From Trichosphaerium sp. ATCC 40318 (lineage: Eukaryota; Protista; Tubulinea), in assembly GCA_038496445.1 (NCBI GenBank), contig JALMLS010000228.1, positions 434,001 through 498,000 of the forward strand: DNA of 64,000 bases, given 5' to 3'. The first letter of the stretch is position 1. Each line of letters begins with the position of its first letter. Below the pieces are notes generated by a model. The model worked only from the letters and a program-made list of their open reading frames with translations, searched no databases and had not been told where the DNA came from. The position numbers were made by a program, and so were the translations under genes. Positions 1 to 12,528 of this stretch are shown piece after piece.

Positions 1-27
1 CCTTGTGCCTTGCTATTTAGTCATTGA

Positions 28-285
28 GTGCACTTAACTTGTAACGACATCGGTGTACGTACCTCTTCAAAGATGGAGTTTGCGCGAGAAATGACAGCAG
101 CCTCTTCACTTCCAGCGTTGGGTGCTAAATTCAGGGTCAGTGTTGCGCCTGTTGACACAAGTTGTGCACCAGGGGCACTACCAACTCCACCTGGGTTTAA
201 ACACGATGGTACATGCGTAGTGACGAAGCTTGTAAACGGTACAGCGCAAAAGCGGCAATTGAGTTCGTTTCTTGAAAGCTCATAA
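28..285 (+). CDS. Possible 3' end of an unknown gene running in from the left edge
   Basis: Open frame ending in TAA at 285; no recognisable motif. Confidence 0.25.
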   Translation: MHLTCNDIGVRTSSKMEFAREMTAASSLPALGAKFRVSVAPVDTSCAPGALPTPPGFKHDGTCVVTKLVNGTAQKRQLSSFLESS

Positions 286-869
286 ACAAGCACTACCAAC
301 ACGTTTGTTTACGCACGTAGTTGTCATTACGAACCCCAACTGTCGCTAGTTTAAAAAATTTTCAAAAGTATGCTCTACAAAAACATAATGCTCACAAATC
401 TCTCTTAATGCAGGTGCACGCGTTCGCGAATACAATTTTATTAAATTAAAGATAGAGGGGAAGAACGCTTCAGTGCTCATTAGTACGCTTTCTGTACTAC
501 CCATTATATCTGACAAACAACCCAGGCGAACATGAGTGGTCGACGTCGTATCGTGACAAGTGTCAAAATCTTCCGTTGATACCAAAAGTTCGCGCTCTTT
601 TTTCTTCCTTTCGTGTTTTTTTTAAAGTTCTTCTAACGTTTTTAAAAAGGTGACTTCGTCTCGGCCAGTTGAACATAGTTCAAGATATGTAAAGTACCTA
701 TCAGGTTACTTTGGACCAACAGATTGGTTGTCACCTTGTAGTCAAGGAAAAGCAGGACTTAAGAGTACGTTGATCTCCTTTAAAGTGACAAGCTATTTAC
801 TAATTTTGACCCAAAGGCGTTATCGAATCTCAGACAGTTCCTGAGATTCCTGAGCTTAATGAACATATG

Positions 870-2980
870 GAAATGTATAATGCAATATCCGAGTACGAAT
901 AGAGTATGAATGCATAGACAAGTTGATCACGTGCATAGACATTTCAAAAACAAAAAAGCAAATGGCTTTGAACTTAAAGGTACGCGTATACTAGCGTCTT
1001 TTATTGTACAAGTCAAACTAATAATATAATAGCTTATATTGGTAATATGCGCATATGTTATCACATAGACGGTGGATGTAATTCGCAAGTTGAGGAGCAA
1101 TCAGCTATTGGTGTACGTAGATTTTGATTTCTAATATGTTTCAGTAACAGTGAGTGTAAGGCATTCCACTTCACACCAGTACCAAAAGCAAGGAAAGAAG
1201 TGAGTATTAAAAGTACGCAAAGTCTTAATGATGAGCGTAGTGACTAACATAAAAAGCTGATAAGGGAGTGCTCACATTCGTGACTAAATCTGGTGCTTGG
1301 ATGCTTGTTGGTCCAGATGCACAAATAATCGTAGGCGGTTTTTGATTTGGTTTTTTGTCTCCTTCCACGTGTACTTACGCAGAAAATAGTATCATTCTAT
1401 TAAAATATTAGGAGTATCTCTTGAGAACTCTAAGCATATATCTCATTATACAATGGTCTTTAGAACACAATCTAAACTTGGAAAGGTAAAGTAGCTAATT
1501 CCTCATTGTGGAATCTATTCTGACTTCTCTTTAGTATCTTATGCATTCAAGTGCTTGTCAACGTTCCCGAGAAGAAAAAAAGCTACTTAATGAATTCCGT
1601 AATGGCTCTACAAAAGATCGCACATATGAAGAACTTAAAACAAGAAGGCAAAATGGTACTCTTTTTTGACAGTGTACCATTTTTTTAAACAACATATTCT
1701 AGGACCACAACTTTACTACGATCCCAACGTTTTATTGCATAGGCTCAATAAACATATGATTATATCTGGGCCTATGTCGAGTACGCGAAGAGTAGAATTT
1801 AAGGAAGGTCAGAGATTTGTAAACGATAGAAATGCGCTTGTTGCAATGGGATTTCTTGTGAACCATATGTGTACGTCACAATGTTGCTATACACTGTTTA
1901 TTACTACTCAATAGTAGCTTTTTATTGTGTGAATATTCTTGAGCTAATAGTTAATTCCTACAGCAATGTTTCATGGACCTTCAAGTTCGTACGTTTTTCT
2001 TCTTCCATTTTTGTTTTAACATGTGTTAGTGGTAGCATGCTTTCCATTATTTTATCCAAACCAGGACATAGAGGGTCTTCATACTCTTTGTTTGATGGAA
2101 TAAACACAACTATTGTAATTGAAGGACAACAAAGAAATTTTGGTAGAGCTGGAGATGATCTCTGGGCGAACAAGTGGATGAAAAATAGTTTGAGAACACA
2201 AGAACGGATAAACTTTTTTATAGTCCAAAAGTACGTATACTAGCCCCTCTTTAATAATATTAACTTTATTACAGAATTTTAAATCCTCAGTCAAAGGACA
2301 ACAGCTTGGTAATCAAAGCAGAGTTTTTTCAATTGAAGGTGTTTTTCTCACTTTTTTCTTAGGTTTTGCAATATTTTTATTTGCATAAGTATGGCATGGC
2401 CAAAAATAAACATTGGTATTATGTATTCAAGAAGACGCCTTTAACTGCAAAAAAAGTGTGCACTCGACCTTACTATCAATGTCCTTGCTGTCAAGGAGTC
2501 CAGCCTGAAATCAACGGTACATCGTCTGCTTTGAAATTGTAGTATTAATTCTTTCTTTTAGCGCCTCCAAAAGACCTTGTGGACAGACCTAAGCCACAAC
2601 GAAAGAAAAGAAAAGCTAGTGGTCAGAAATTTAAAACGAGTTTCTTTTACGGTATTCCTGCTCCACAGGAACAGTGTCAACTCAAGAAGAGAAGAAAAAC
2701 AATACCTATCCAGAACGAAATAGCTGAATTACAATGGCCTTGTATGAGATATGTATCATCTATTACTTCGTCTCCTGCTGGCGATATACTACCATCATTT
2801 AAGTATATAGAGAGTTTCGTGACGGATTTTAATATCGAGGTACGTTACCTACACAAGAAATTACTCTAAAAGTCCTTAGGCTGCAAGAAATCCGCACAAC
2901 ACGAGATTTAGACATAGTATGCCAAAAGAAGGTGAAGCTCGTATGCTATTGCGAAAGGTGTACGGGAGCATTGTAATCTA
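870..2980 (+). CDS. Hypothetical multi-exon protein (boundaries approximate)
   Basis: Many short open segments separated by GT..AG introns (e.g. DGINTTIVIEGQQRNFGRAGDDLWANKW, RPYYQCPCCQG, basic RKKRK/KKRRK stretches); no family recognised. Confidence 0.4.
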
Positions 2981-3093
2981 ATAAACTACACCTTCACGTC
3001 TATTAAAATAGAATTCAGTGAAATAAGTTAATATTAAATACTTTATTCACAGTTTGTACTGTAAAATTAACAAACGACAAGCTATAAATTGAT

Positions 3094-3947
3094 ATGAATG
3101 AGTATCATATTCTCGTAATGGGCCCTGCAGGCGTTGGAAAATCAGTAACAACAATACAACTAGTTCAAAATGTATTTCTAGACGAACGCGACCCAACCAT
3201 AGAAGATTCGTACGTATATAGCTGTTGTAACGTAAAAAGTCTGAAAACAGTCTAAAACAACTTTAAACCTCACTCACGGTAAGGTATCGCACGCAAGTCA
3301 TCATAGACAACGAACCTGCCTTGCTTGATATTCTTGATACAGCGGGCCATGAATGTCCGCGTGTATCGGTAATTTTATAACGTTTAAACAGCTGAATATT
3401 ATAACAGCAGGTTGTAGTATGTTCGAAATGGACGAGGCTTTATTTTAATGTACAGCACCACAGACAGACTATCATTTGAAAAGATACCAGACTATTTTGA
3501 CGAGGTTTACAGGTACCAGAACTAGTTTTTTTGTTAAAACTATCTTGATAGTTTCCACTATTTTCACTTAGTTAAAAGCAGCTGCTTGTGGTGGGTCTAG
3601 CCATTTGGTTGTAACCACAATATCACGTTGTTTGAGCTGTTAATGATAGTATTAATGAAAACAGGTTTTAACACTAAGTGTTTGTGTACAGGGCAAAAAG
3701 TCTAGAAAAATTCAGAATTCCTATTGTACTCGTGGGAAATAAAATAGATTTGGACGAAGATAGACAAGTAACAACAGAAGAAGGAAAGGAACTTGCACGA
3801 AAGCATGAATGTGCATTTTTTGAAGCATCTGCCAAAACACGTGTCAATGTTGAGGAACAGTTTTATGAACTTGTAAGAGAGATTTGTAAATTTGATAAAC
3901 TCAAAGCTTCAGTATCACGCAAACAGCGTGGATGTATTGTAATGTGA
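3094..3947 (+). CDS. Ras-family small GTPase, 4 exons, atypical (A at position 12, H at position 61)
   Basis: [17 protein letters not shown] (G1), DPTIEDS (G2), DILDTAGH (G3), NKID (G4), SAK (G5), CAAX CIVM; introns at about 3210-3282, 3369-3417 and 3513-3691. Confidence 0.9.
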
Positions 3948-4036
3948 TTAAAATATTGTTTAATAATTGCTTGTTTGTATAAAGATGCGGGCAACAACAA
4001 TATGATGGTAAGCTATGTATATTAAGTCCTTGTTGT

Positions 4037-4649
4037 AGTGATGTTAAACGACTGAAGTCAAGTCGAGTTGAGTCGACTGACTCGCCAAGTCGACTCAAAA
4101 TTTTGGCATCTGCTGACTTGGACTTGAAATGGCCTCAATTTCAGAAAAAATTATGAAAATACAGCGCCTAAGCACTTTGGTGGCATCACATTGGTGTGTC
4201 ACGTTACCGCTCACTCTATGTTGGTGCTGTGGCGCTTGTAGCGTATTCTCACAAAAAACTCATTGTTGTGAAAAATTAGAATTCTGAAAGGCTCAAAGGG
4301 AGTACCCTTTGACGTTCAAGTCGCCCAAGTCAGTAAGTCGATTTTTTTGGCGATGAGTATCCCTCACAATGGGTGAGTCACTCAGGTCTGTTTTAACCCT
4401 GACAGAAGCTTACTCACCATGCACAATCAACCACAATGAGCCCCAAAGTCAGTGTTGTCAAGTGCTGTAGATTGATAGTGTGAAAATAAACTAAACATGT
4501 GGTGACTCATGACTCAACGTTGATTTTAACCACAATTCGGGCATGTGACTGAACTAAAGTTGACTCACCACAGTGGTTAACCTAACGCTGTATGAGTACA
4601 ACCGGTGCACTGAGTCGAGCCAGTCGAAAGTCGACTCTTTAACACCACT
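4037..4649. mobile_element. Non-autonomous TIR element (MITE, hAT-like)
   Basis: TIRs AGTGATGTTAAA / TTTAACACCACT; flanks CTTGTTG(T) and CTTGTTG(C) form a 7-8 bp TSD; many subterminal AGTCGA/GACTC motifs; no coding capacity. Confidence 0.7.
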
Positions 4650-4855
4650 CTTGTTGCTTCTACGAAAAGCTCTTGAAGACTGTGAACCATGACATATTGA
4701 TTGGTTGGACTTCACCACAAACACAACGAGCAGTAAAATGACATACAAATCATACCCTAAAGGATGGCTTGTGCTCTTTATTTTTGTGATGGCTTCAATA
4801 GTCAGACTAAAAGTGTAGAGGAGAAAAACATAATACTGTTGAATAGTGTTTATTG

Positions 4856-5330
4856 CTAAAACTTACAAAGTTTATAGAGCTCTACTTTCAATTGTTTGTA
4901 ATCAAGGTTACTGGCGCTATCCATACATGCCCTCCATGGCTTTAGAACTTTTTGCCATATTTTACGAAGCTTCGCAAGAAAATTTGGAGTATCCCTCTTC
5001 ACCCAATCATAGTAGGCAGTATCAATTCTATTCTTAACGTGTTTTGCTGAAAACATGTATACGAAAACTGCAACAAAGGCCATCAAATCGTCTTTTTTTT
5101 CATAGAATATTGTTGATGACATGTCTGTTCCAGTAACATGCAAATGAGGAGTAAACTTCCATCCCTCACCTACTACTTTTTTTTCATTTATGTATGTAGC
5201 ACTTCCCCAACCGACTAACCTGTAGTCTCCTTTTCCGAAGGTCTTCATTATAGCTGAATTTGTTATATTTCTGCAATAAAAATAGCCGAGTGTAACTTAC
5301 AGCTTACAAGTTTTTTTAATCTGTTAGCTT
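4856..5330 (-). pseudogene. Truncated pseudokinase-type member of the local kinase family (last exon plus a deleted remnant)
   Basis: Exon from 5270: NITNSAIM...LVGWGSA...KFTPH...KDDLMAF...W..C...DYK aligns to the family C-lobe; only a short decayed NYKLG-like remnant lies upstream. Confidence 0.65.
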
Positions 5331-5399
5331 TTGCTTAATTTGTGGATAAGAAAATTACACATTTCTTTACAGAGATCCATCCTTATGCGTATTGTGTTC

Positions 5400-6995
5400 A
5401 GACATGTAATCATTGATTATTTCTATATAAGATCTGGTTGGATTTGGATGTAAAGGGTCTGTCAACGCAGCCCATAATCCAAAAGGTACTAATACAGATT
5501 TAACAAAATGTGAGAAAAATAAAAGAAAATAATACCTGCTATAACACAAACACCGGCAGCAAGAAACATCATCCTTGATCGAAACTTCCCAGAAGGAGCA
5601 TTTACAACAACATGCATGCCAACTGTCTGGAGCACAAAAAGAGGACTCCAATAGACAACACCTCTACAAATAGTTGTCAGTTTTGATTGATTCAAAAAAA
5701 TCAAAAAAATGAATTGAGGTGAGAAGATGCTTGTTCAGCTGGAACGTTATGATACATACCTTGCTACACTCCAGAAACAAGCATAACTCAAATGTGCTAG
5801 TACCAAATATATCCCGTAAGGTCCAAAGGTATAAAATAAGATTTTGTAGAGAAAAAGACCAGTAAGGTATGTTACAAAATTAACAATGTTTGCGCTCAAG
5901 AAAGGGACCCAATAAGCAATCTTTAAGTACTAAAAGAAATAATCAGAGCAATATGATGTATAACTTAAATTCTAATAGCAGCTAAGTCAAGAAGTGTCAG
6001 ATGAGCACACGCATACAACAGGCTCAATAATGACAATCAAATCATGTAGAGTCATTTGATTGGAAAATGAAGCTGGCGTCCATCGCAACACTTTTTGACT
6101 ACAACCTGACACTCTTTGATATTTAACATACTTGCATATGGCGTTCTTTGACTCCTATAGATCTGAATATAGCTCCAGGTGCTTCTGCACATGTGTTTAG
6201 TATATCTATAGCCACATCATCTATTTTCCTGTATTGATGCATTGTAATACACCTTTACTAAAGTCAGAACAAGACCAACAAAATACAAAAACGTTACCAA
6301 GATAGTACGAAGCATATCACAGACGCATAGAAAATATGAGTTGAAAACTTCTCAGATGCCGCTTGACGGTCGCGGATCCTATTTCTTTCAGTATCCTTTT
6401 TACTAGAACAGACATTGGTAATGTAAACGTTAGCGGACCATTGTTACTTTACGCTATGTTTCTCTTTTTCAAATACTATTATTTTTTCTCTAATTTGTTC
6501 ATTGGCCAATTTATCTTCTCTGGTTCTCCTTCTAAGGCTATACATGTATTAGAGTATATGAATAGTTTAACAAGGGTACAGATTATTTTCTTTAGATATA
6601 AGAACACCACTCTCCCTATTTTCAAAATTATTTTTCTATTGTGTCAAATATGTAAATCATTTACCTTTCTATTTCTAGCACTCTATCATTATACTTCAGG
6701 TCCTCCTCTAGATCTTCAGCACTTATAATATTTTGTATAGCCTTTATAAGAAGCTTCGCACGTTTCTCTATGCACAAAAAGCATAAGCTCTTAACAACTA
6801 CAAAAAACCAAAACTACTCAAAAACCATTCGCCGTTATTACCTGGATCTTGAACAGTGTTTATTTTATTAGCAAGTTCTTCAGGTAATGTTATATTTGCT
6901 AAATCAACTCTACTCATCGGCATACTGGAGTTCTCTTGTGGTACTAATGTTGATGGATTACCCTCTGCCTCTTCCTTTTGCATTTTATTTATCAT
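5400..6995 (-). CDS. Hypothetical multi-exon protein with coiled coil and hydrophobic segments (boundaries approximate)
   Basis: Series of short open segments bounded by GT/AG (MINKMQKEEAEG..., KRAKLLIKAIQNIISAEDLEEDLK, HQYRKIDDVAIDILNTCAE, MMFLAAGVCVIAG). Confidence 0.4.
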
Positions 6996-7327
6996 TGCGT
7001 TTTGGGTTTTTATAGCCCAATCTAAACGTGTGAGTGAGAAAGTCTGGAGGTTTTTCTTTGTTCAGTAAAGTAACGTACTGCTGTACCATGTAGACATAGT
7101 TTCTATAAGACTAAGTGCCACAATAAAGGCTTGATGTGTCAGCTATGTTATACACGAATAGACCAACCTCTTACCTACTGCTACAATAACCATAGCTCTT
7201 TGCTCTTGTGTATTTGGATTATCCAATTCTCTAGGTGGCAAGCTACTGACAACATGAACATCTTTAGGTCCTAAGGGCCATGTCATTTTTTAAACAGTAA
7301 AATAACAAAGCAGGTAACTGATGCCAT

Positions 7328-8308
7328 TCACACTGCGCCACAGCACGAAAACTCATACGCACCTATTTTTTTTTTGATAGCACTAAAAAAAGGTACAACA
7401 TAATCAATAAGTTTATGTTGCCTTTTGTCCCATTTTTCGTTTGCTCGTTCGATAACCCGGGAAGTTATTTCGTCAGTAGTGTTATCGCGTGTTATCTCAT
7501 GTTTCGCAAAGTCTGATATGAATATATACGTAGCCTCGCTCAGTATAACGCTCTCTCCATCATCTTCTCTTCTTGGTTCAATATGATCAAGGAAGTCTTG
7601 AAAGATTGCGATAACTTCTGGATGAAAAACCTGTAATTGAACGTAAAAACAGTCAATAAACAATGAAAAGAGGGTTTGTTTTGGCGAAGTAAACGATTAA
7701 ACAGCGCGAGTGTAAGGCTAATTTAATGCGGTTTCTATGAAAGGTATTTCAAATATCGTACCTCAGCATTATCAAGTACAATGACAGATGCAGGACATTT
7801 TTTAAGTTGTGACAATAGCTTTTTGTTTAGCCGTGTTCGAGTTGCATAAGTGTCACCTCGATGCAATGAAAATACGCGCCCTGAAAGTTGCAGAACTCCA
7901 TTAATGCGTGAATGTGCCTTGAATAAACCTTTTGTGATTGACGTCGCTGCTAACGTCTTTCCAACACCGCTGTCGCCTACAAAATGCATAGATAGAGGTC
8001 GTTGTTTGGTTTTAGCTTTAAACGCATTCATTATCATCTGAATAGCCTTTGGTTGCCCAAAAACATTGTTTTGGAGACTCTCCTTGATTGCATCAATGTC
8101 TAGAGCGTAATTAGCTTATTTCGACGTTTTAGGGTGCCAGTACCATTTCTTGCGCATGGATCATAGCCCGTAAGCTTATAAAATGTCTTCAAATAGCTAC
8201 CGGAGCCTTTGTGATTGTTACAGGTCAATACAGTCATACAGATAAACGAGTACCTAGTACGCTCGTTGCGCATAACGCTAACACCAATATTGTGAGAAAT
8301 GCTTTCAT
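7328..8308 (-). CDS. Torsin-like AAA+ ATPase copy 1, C-terminally truncated
   Basis: Signal peptide MKAFLTILVLALCATSVLG, DPC..D....LQNNVFGQ, RPLSMHFVGDSGVGKT, CPASVIVLDNAE, LIDYVVPF; stops about 100 aa earlier than copy 2. Confidence 0.75.
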
Positions 8309-8738
8309 TTAGAGTAAGTTTCGAAGAACAAACGTATTTTTGCAGTCAGTTGAAATCGCTTTGAGTAACTCATATTTATGTATTGTTCTCGAGAACATGA
8401 AAGCATGAATGTAGCGTTCTGAGCTTACATGCCTAAATAGGAGATATTCTCACCATACTCAAACAAGAAATTCCAACAACACAAATCAACTCCGAACTAG
8501 TGCCCGTATGCTGTTACAAAGGCGGTTACAAAGGCTTTCGGGGGGAGTTCTCCAATAAAGTTGCTTGCCTGGAAGTTTTTTTGTTATAATTTTAGCCACC
8601 AGCTAGCAATTGTTCCATTGGTTACAACCAAATATTTAAAGAGGAATTCTTCCCAGGCTATAACGTATTGAGCTAAAGGAAATGCTTGATTAAAGCCGTT
8701 TATTTACAATCACTAATTACGTATGTTTTTACTTTTGC

Positions 8739-11251
8739 TCAGGTGAGTACTGTACTGCATGTACAAAGAGAAGAGAACTCACTACAATCCTTACAGCGCT
8801 CAGTGTTACCTGAAATACAATCAACCATTTCCTTTAAAAGACCTTTGTAGTCTGTTACATTAGCTAGTTCCATACAACGTTTCCACTTTTGAGGCAGCAC
8901 TTTCGCCCATGCCCTTCCAAGCTCTTCAGATTGTGTTGTTTTCATCGATATAATGCGAGTAGTATTTGCTTGAAGTAAACCATGATACGCCAAATCTATT
9001 TTTAACTTGTTGCTATTAGGTAGATGGAAGTATGCCATCACTAAAACAAACGAGTATAAATCGTCCTTTGGTGTGTAGGTATGAGTTGGAAGGTCGCACT
9101 TGCACCATTCTTTGTATAGTTGTGGAGCAAACTTCATACCACCGCTTATCACTATGGGCTCTATGTTTGTTGTAGCAGCTCCCCAATCAATTAACATATA
9201 TCGTGGTTCGTCTTCTTCTGAAGCTTCTGGTAACAGCATAATATTAGAAGCAGAAATGTCTCTTTTAAATGAAGCGTTAACAGATGGCCAATATTATGTA
9301 AACAATGTACCTGTGAACGACACCTTTATTGTGAACAAGCTCAAGAGTCGAGATTATTTGTTTTGCGAGTAATACAAAATCAAATGTGACATCTTTACGG
9401 CTTTGACAAATACAATCCATTCCAAATCCAACTCCCGGAACTACTCCAGCCTTTATAAAAAAATAGAGCAATCAGAAGTAGCTTTAAACGTTAGAACGTA
9501 CAACTGTTGGAACACCAGGAATGCCTTTGAGAAGTTCCAGTATCCGTGTTTCACGATCCAACTTGGGCTGTACTCGATCAGTCATATCCCCAATGTACTC
9601 TTTGAATGCTATAAACTTTGGAGGCTCATTATTTGGCGAATAAATCATGTACACTGTGCCATAAGCACCCAATCCAAGTACTTTTCGTGGTACACATGAG
9701 AATCCGTTGATTTTAAACACTTTTGAATTGTATCCAAGATCCCCAAGTTTGTAGTTTAATAAACTTACCAATTGCTTTAATCCATCACCAGGAGCACTTG
9801 ATTCAATCAAGTATTGTTCATGAGTTGCATAATACACTGTTTCAAGCTTACCCCTGAGAGTCATTTTGAAGAATCGTATTTTCTTGTAGTTCTGAAGAAT
9901 ACCATACACAAAGGTACGTCGAGGTTGGGCTTTTAGAAGGGTTTTCATGTTACTCCATATCATTCCTATGTCGTGTGTGGTGAATTGAGCTAATTAACTA
10001 TAAGCTATGGTTAAATTGAGTCGAGTCAGTACCATTCCCTTCCAATATCTCCCAAGCTAAAACATGATGACACAATGTATAATCTCGTTCACCACAAAAG
10101 GGTATAGCTCTTTCTGTTATTCGAAAACATGGTGGATTGAACGATTTGGCATCTGGAACGACATTTGCACGAATATTTGGACAAACATCACGGCGTGATA
10201 TAAATGATGCAAACTGGGTACGAAATTCATCAAGAGGAGATGATTTGAGCTTTAATATCGTTGTTTGAAACTTTTGACAAGCTTCTTTGTGTTCTTTAGA
10301 GTTTTCAGGAAAACAAAATGAGTGTCGTATCTCTATGCGTTCATCCAATGCATTTGCAATAGCAGGATACCCTTGCAAATATTGAGTCAAAACAAAAATA
10401 AAAAGTTGTAATACCCCGTATCGTTTTCTGACTCAAAGATACATCTCTGAATGAGTGCATTAGTCGCAGGTACAAGTGCGTGTTCTTGTTTTCCATCGCC
10501 CTATGACGTTTGTATTCAGCGTTGATATCTTCTTCCTGCCGACGTTGTCTTTTTAAATGAAGATCAATTTTACGTTGGTTTGAAGCATCTATCTTTGTGT
10601 TTTCAGCAATTTGCGCTGTGTTTTGGGCAATTTGCGCTTCGTTTTTTGCAATTTCAGCAGCCATTTCTTTTCGAACCTGGTCCTTCATTTGTGCTTTGAG
10701 GGTAGAAGATACAATAGAATTAAAGTACGCAAGTAGAGATTCAAGGTCACGTCTACTACTTGGGGGTTGGGATATGATAATGCTACCTTCAGCTACTGTG
10801 TTAACAGCAGATAAATGCGGCCTATCTAATTGTGGAGCTAGAACAAGCGTTATTAAATAGGGTCAATGTAAGATGGAGGATAATTAAGGATGGACGTGCC
10901 TGTGGTTTTGGTACAAGCGTCAAATACCAAATCGATAAGTGCTGGCTTATGCGGAATATCAGTAACATTGACATTACACTCAATTGCCATTGCTTTGAGC
11001 TCGTTGCTAGAGAATTTGTTCAATTGCTTCTTGGTCAAAGCAACACCCGTTGTGTCCTGCTTGGCTGTCAGGATACCTTACAATTATCATAAACTAACCT
11101 TGTTTTTGATGTGCGCAGCGACAATCATGCCAACAAGTGCTGTCTTACGCAAACCCTTTGTAACAGCTATTTTACACCGAGACGCCCAGGTCGTTAGCTC
11201 TTTGATGGTGAACTTGTGGAATTGTTTCTTGTTTAATAGAGCTGTAGTCAT
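8739..11251 (-). CDS. Kinase family copy A (2x Rho_N/HeH-like, coiled coil, REase-like, FunK1-like kinase, Cys-rich tail); appears intact
   Basis: 7 in-phase exons; GLGAYG, IAFK, VHRDISASN, IDWG, TPKDDLYS; tail CKDC-x6-CTC. Confidence 0.85.
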
Positions 11252-11679
11252 TTGCGCTACGCTGTGGTCAAAACGAATATCGAAAGGAGCACTAAAATTG
11301 TGCCTGGTAGCGCTTTTACTGCCAGTAGTGATGGTATGAATCACCTTTACGGTACTTCGCAGAGTTGGCAACTTACAGCAACACCAATGCAAAAGCAACG
11401 TATTTTTGGCGTCTCAAAGGTTGAACCGGAATAAAAGACGCACAGGGAACGTTTTTGCGCCAACAGTACTATCTTGAGGTTATCTTCACTGGTTAAGCGA
11501 TAAAACGCTGCGTTTTCTCTGTTATGCGTACTTTCGTTGTTGCTTTTCTTCATAATGAAGACGAGTTCTGAACTTGCTATAAAAGGAATTGAAACAACAT
11601 ACAGCCACTATCAAATACCTCTCGGAGTACAACAATCTTATCCAGAGAAAAGAAAGAATTCACATGTGTTCTTCTCTTG

Positions 11680-12108
11680 ATTAAACTTGTAAGCTATAAA
11701 TTACAAACTCGGCTATCTTGGATACACTTCATACTGATTTCACAAAAAACCGTCTAGTAGTCGGACCACCAACAGCACTATTACAACACCTTCATTGGTA
11801 GTGTTTACATTATCACTAAACTATATCTGCTCTCTTCAAACATTTATGCGCTTAAAAACGCATTTTCAACTAACGCGAATAGGAAATACGATCGTTTCTT
11901 GTACAAACGTGTTCTTACGTAGTAAAACAAGGCATTTGTCAACTCATGGAGTATAGCAAAAGTATTTTGAAAATGCGTGGCAAATATCCAGTTCTCCTTT
12001 CGAAATGTCCTACGTGTCATGTGTCAAAATGAGTGTCAGAAAAAAATAAGAATTACATACTTGCGAATATTCATTCACAGCTACATAAAGTACTTGGATT
12101 GGGTGCTC
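11680..12108 (+). pseudogene. Scattered remnants of a kinase-family copy
   Basis: NYKLGYLGYTS-coding piece near 11698-11731 and an exact KVLGLGA-coding 22-mer at 12087-12108. Confidence 0.5.
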
Positions 12109-12323
12109 GACTTTCAGAGGTTGCCGGCTCATGTCGTTGGCGAACAAAAACCGAATAAACTATCACGCCTTAATGATTTTGGTGGGAAAAAATAAGTGAA
12201 AGCTTGAAATAGTACGACATATTGTTAAAACAGTCATAAGGACAGAAAGTAGTAGCTATATACAGCTAAAAGTCAGCAAAAAGCTAATTCTCATCAGTTT
12301 CTAACTCATTTTGACACATGACA
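12015..12323. repeat. Perfect 20-bp inverted repeat pair, MITE-like
   Basis: TGTCATGTGTCAAAATGAGT (12015-12034) / ACTCATTTTGACACATGACA (12304-12323); outer TGGCAAAT / ATTTGCCA at 11978 and 12331; no TSD seen. Confidence 0.6.
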
Positions 12324-12528
12324 AATGTGAATTTGCCATTTAAATACCTGCCTTTACGTGCGTATGAGATCCCAGTTCAACTATTTGTACGTATTTCATA
12401 AGTGTTGTGAGCGAGAGGCTATAGCGTTATGTTGGTACTCAAAAACTGTCACAGATTGAGTAAAGTACCAACGGCACAAACGGTCCTTTATTATTTCTTT
12501 GTTTTCCTTTTTTTGTTAATATTTGTTA

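Noticed and set aside
3415-3417. TAG at the Ras Gln70 position suggesting stop-codon reassignment
   Set aside because: It works as a splice acceptor, and TAG/TAA end other genes normally
8100-8145. Apparent nonsense codon in torsin copy 1, and the MRKKWYW start in copy 2
   Set aside because: Both overlap a GTACTG...CTAAT...TAG intron or use the wrong frame; the real start is the upstream signal-peptide exon
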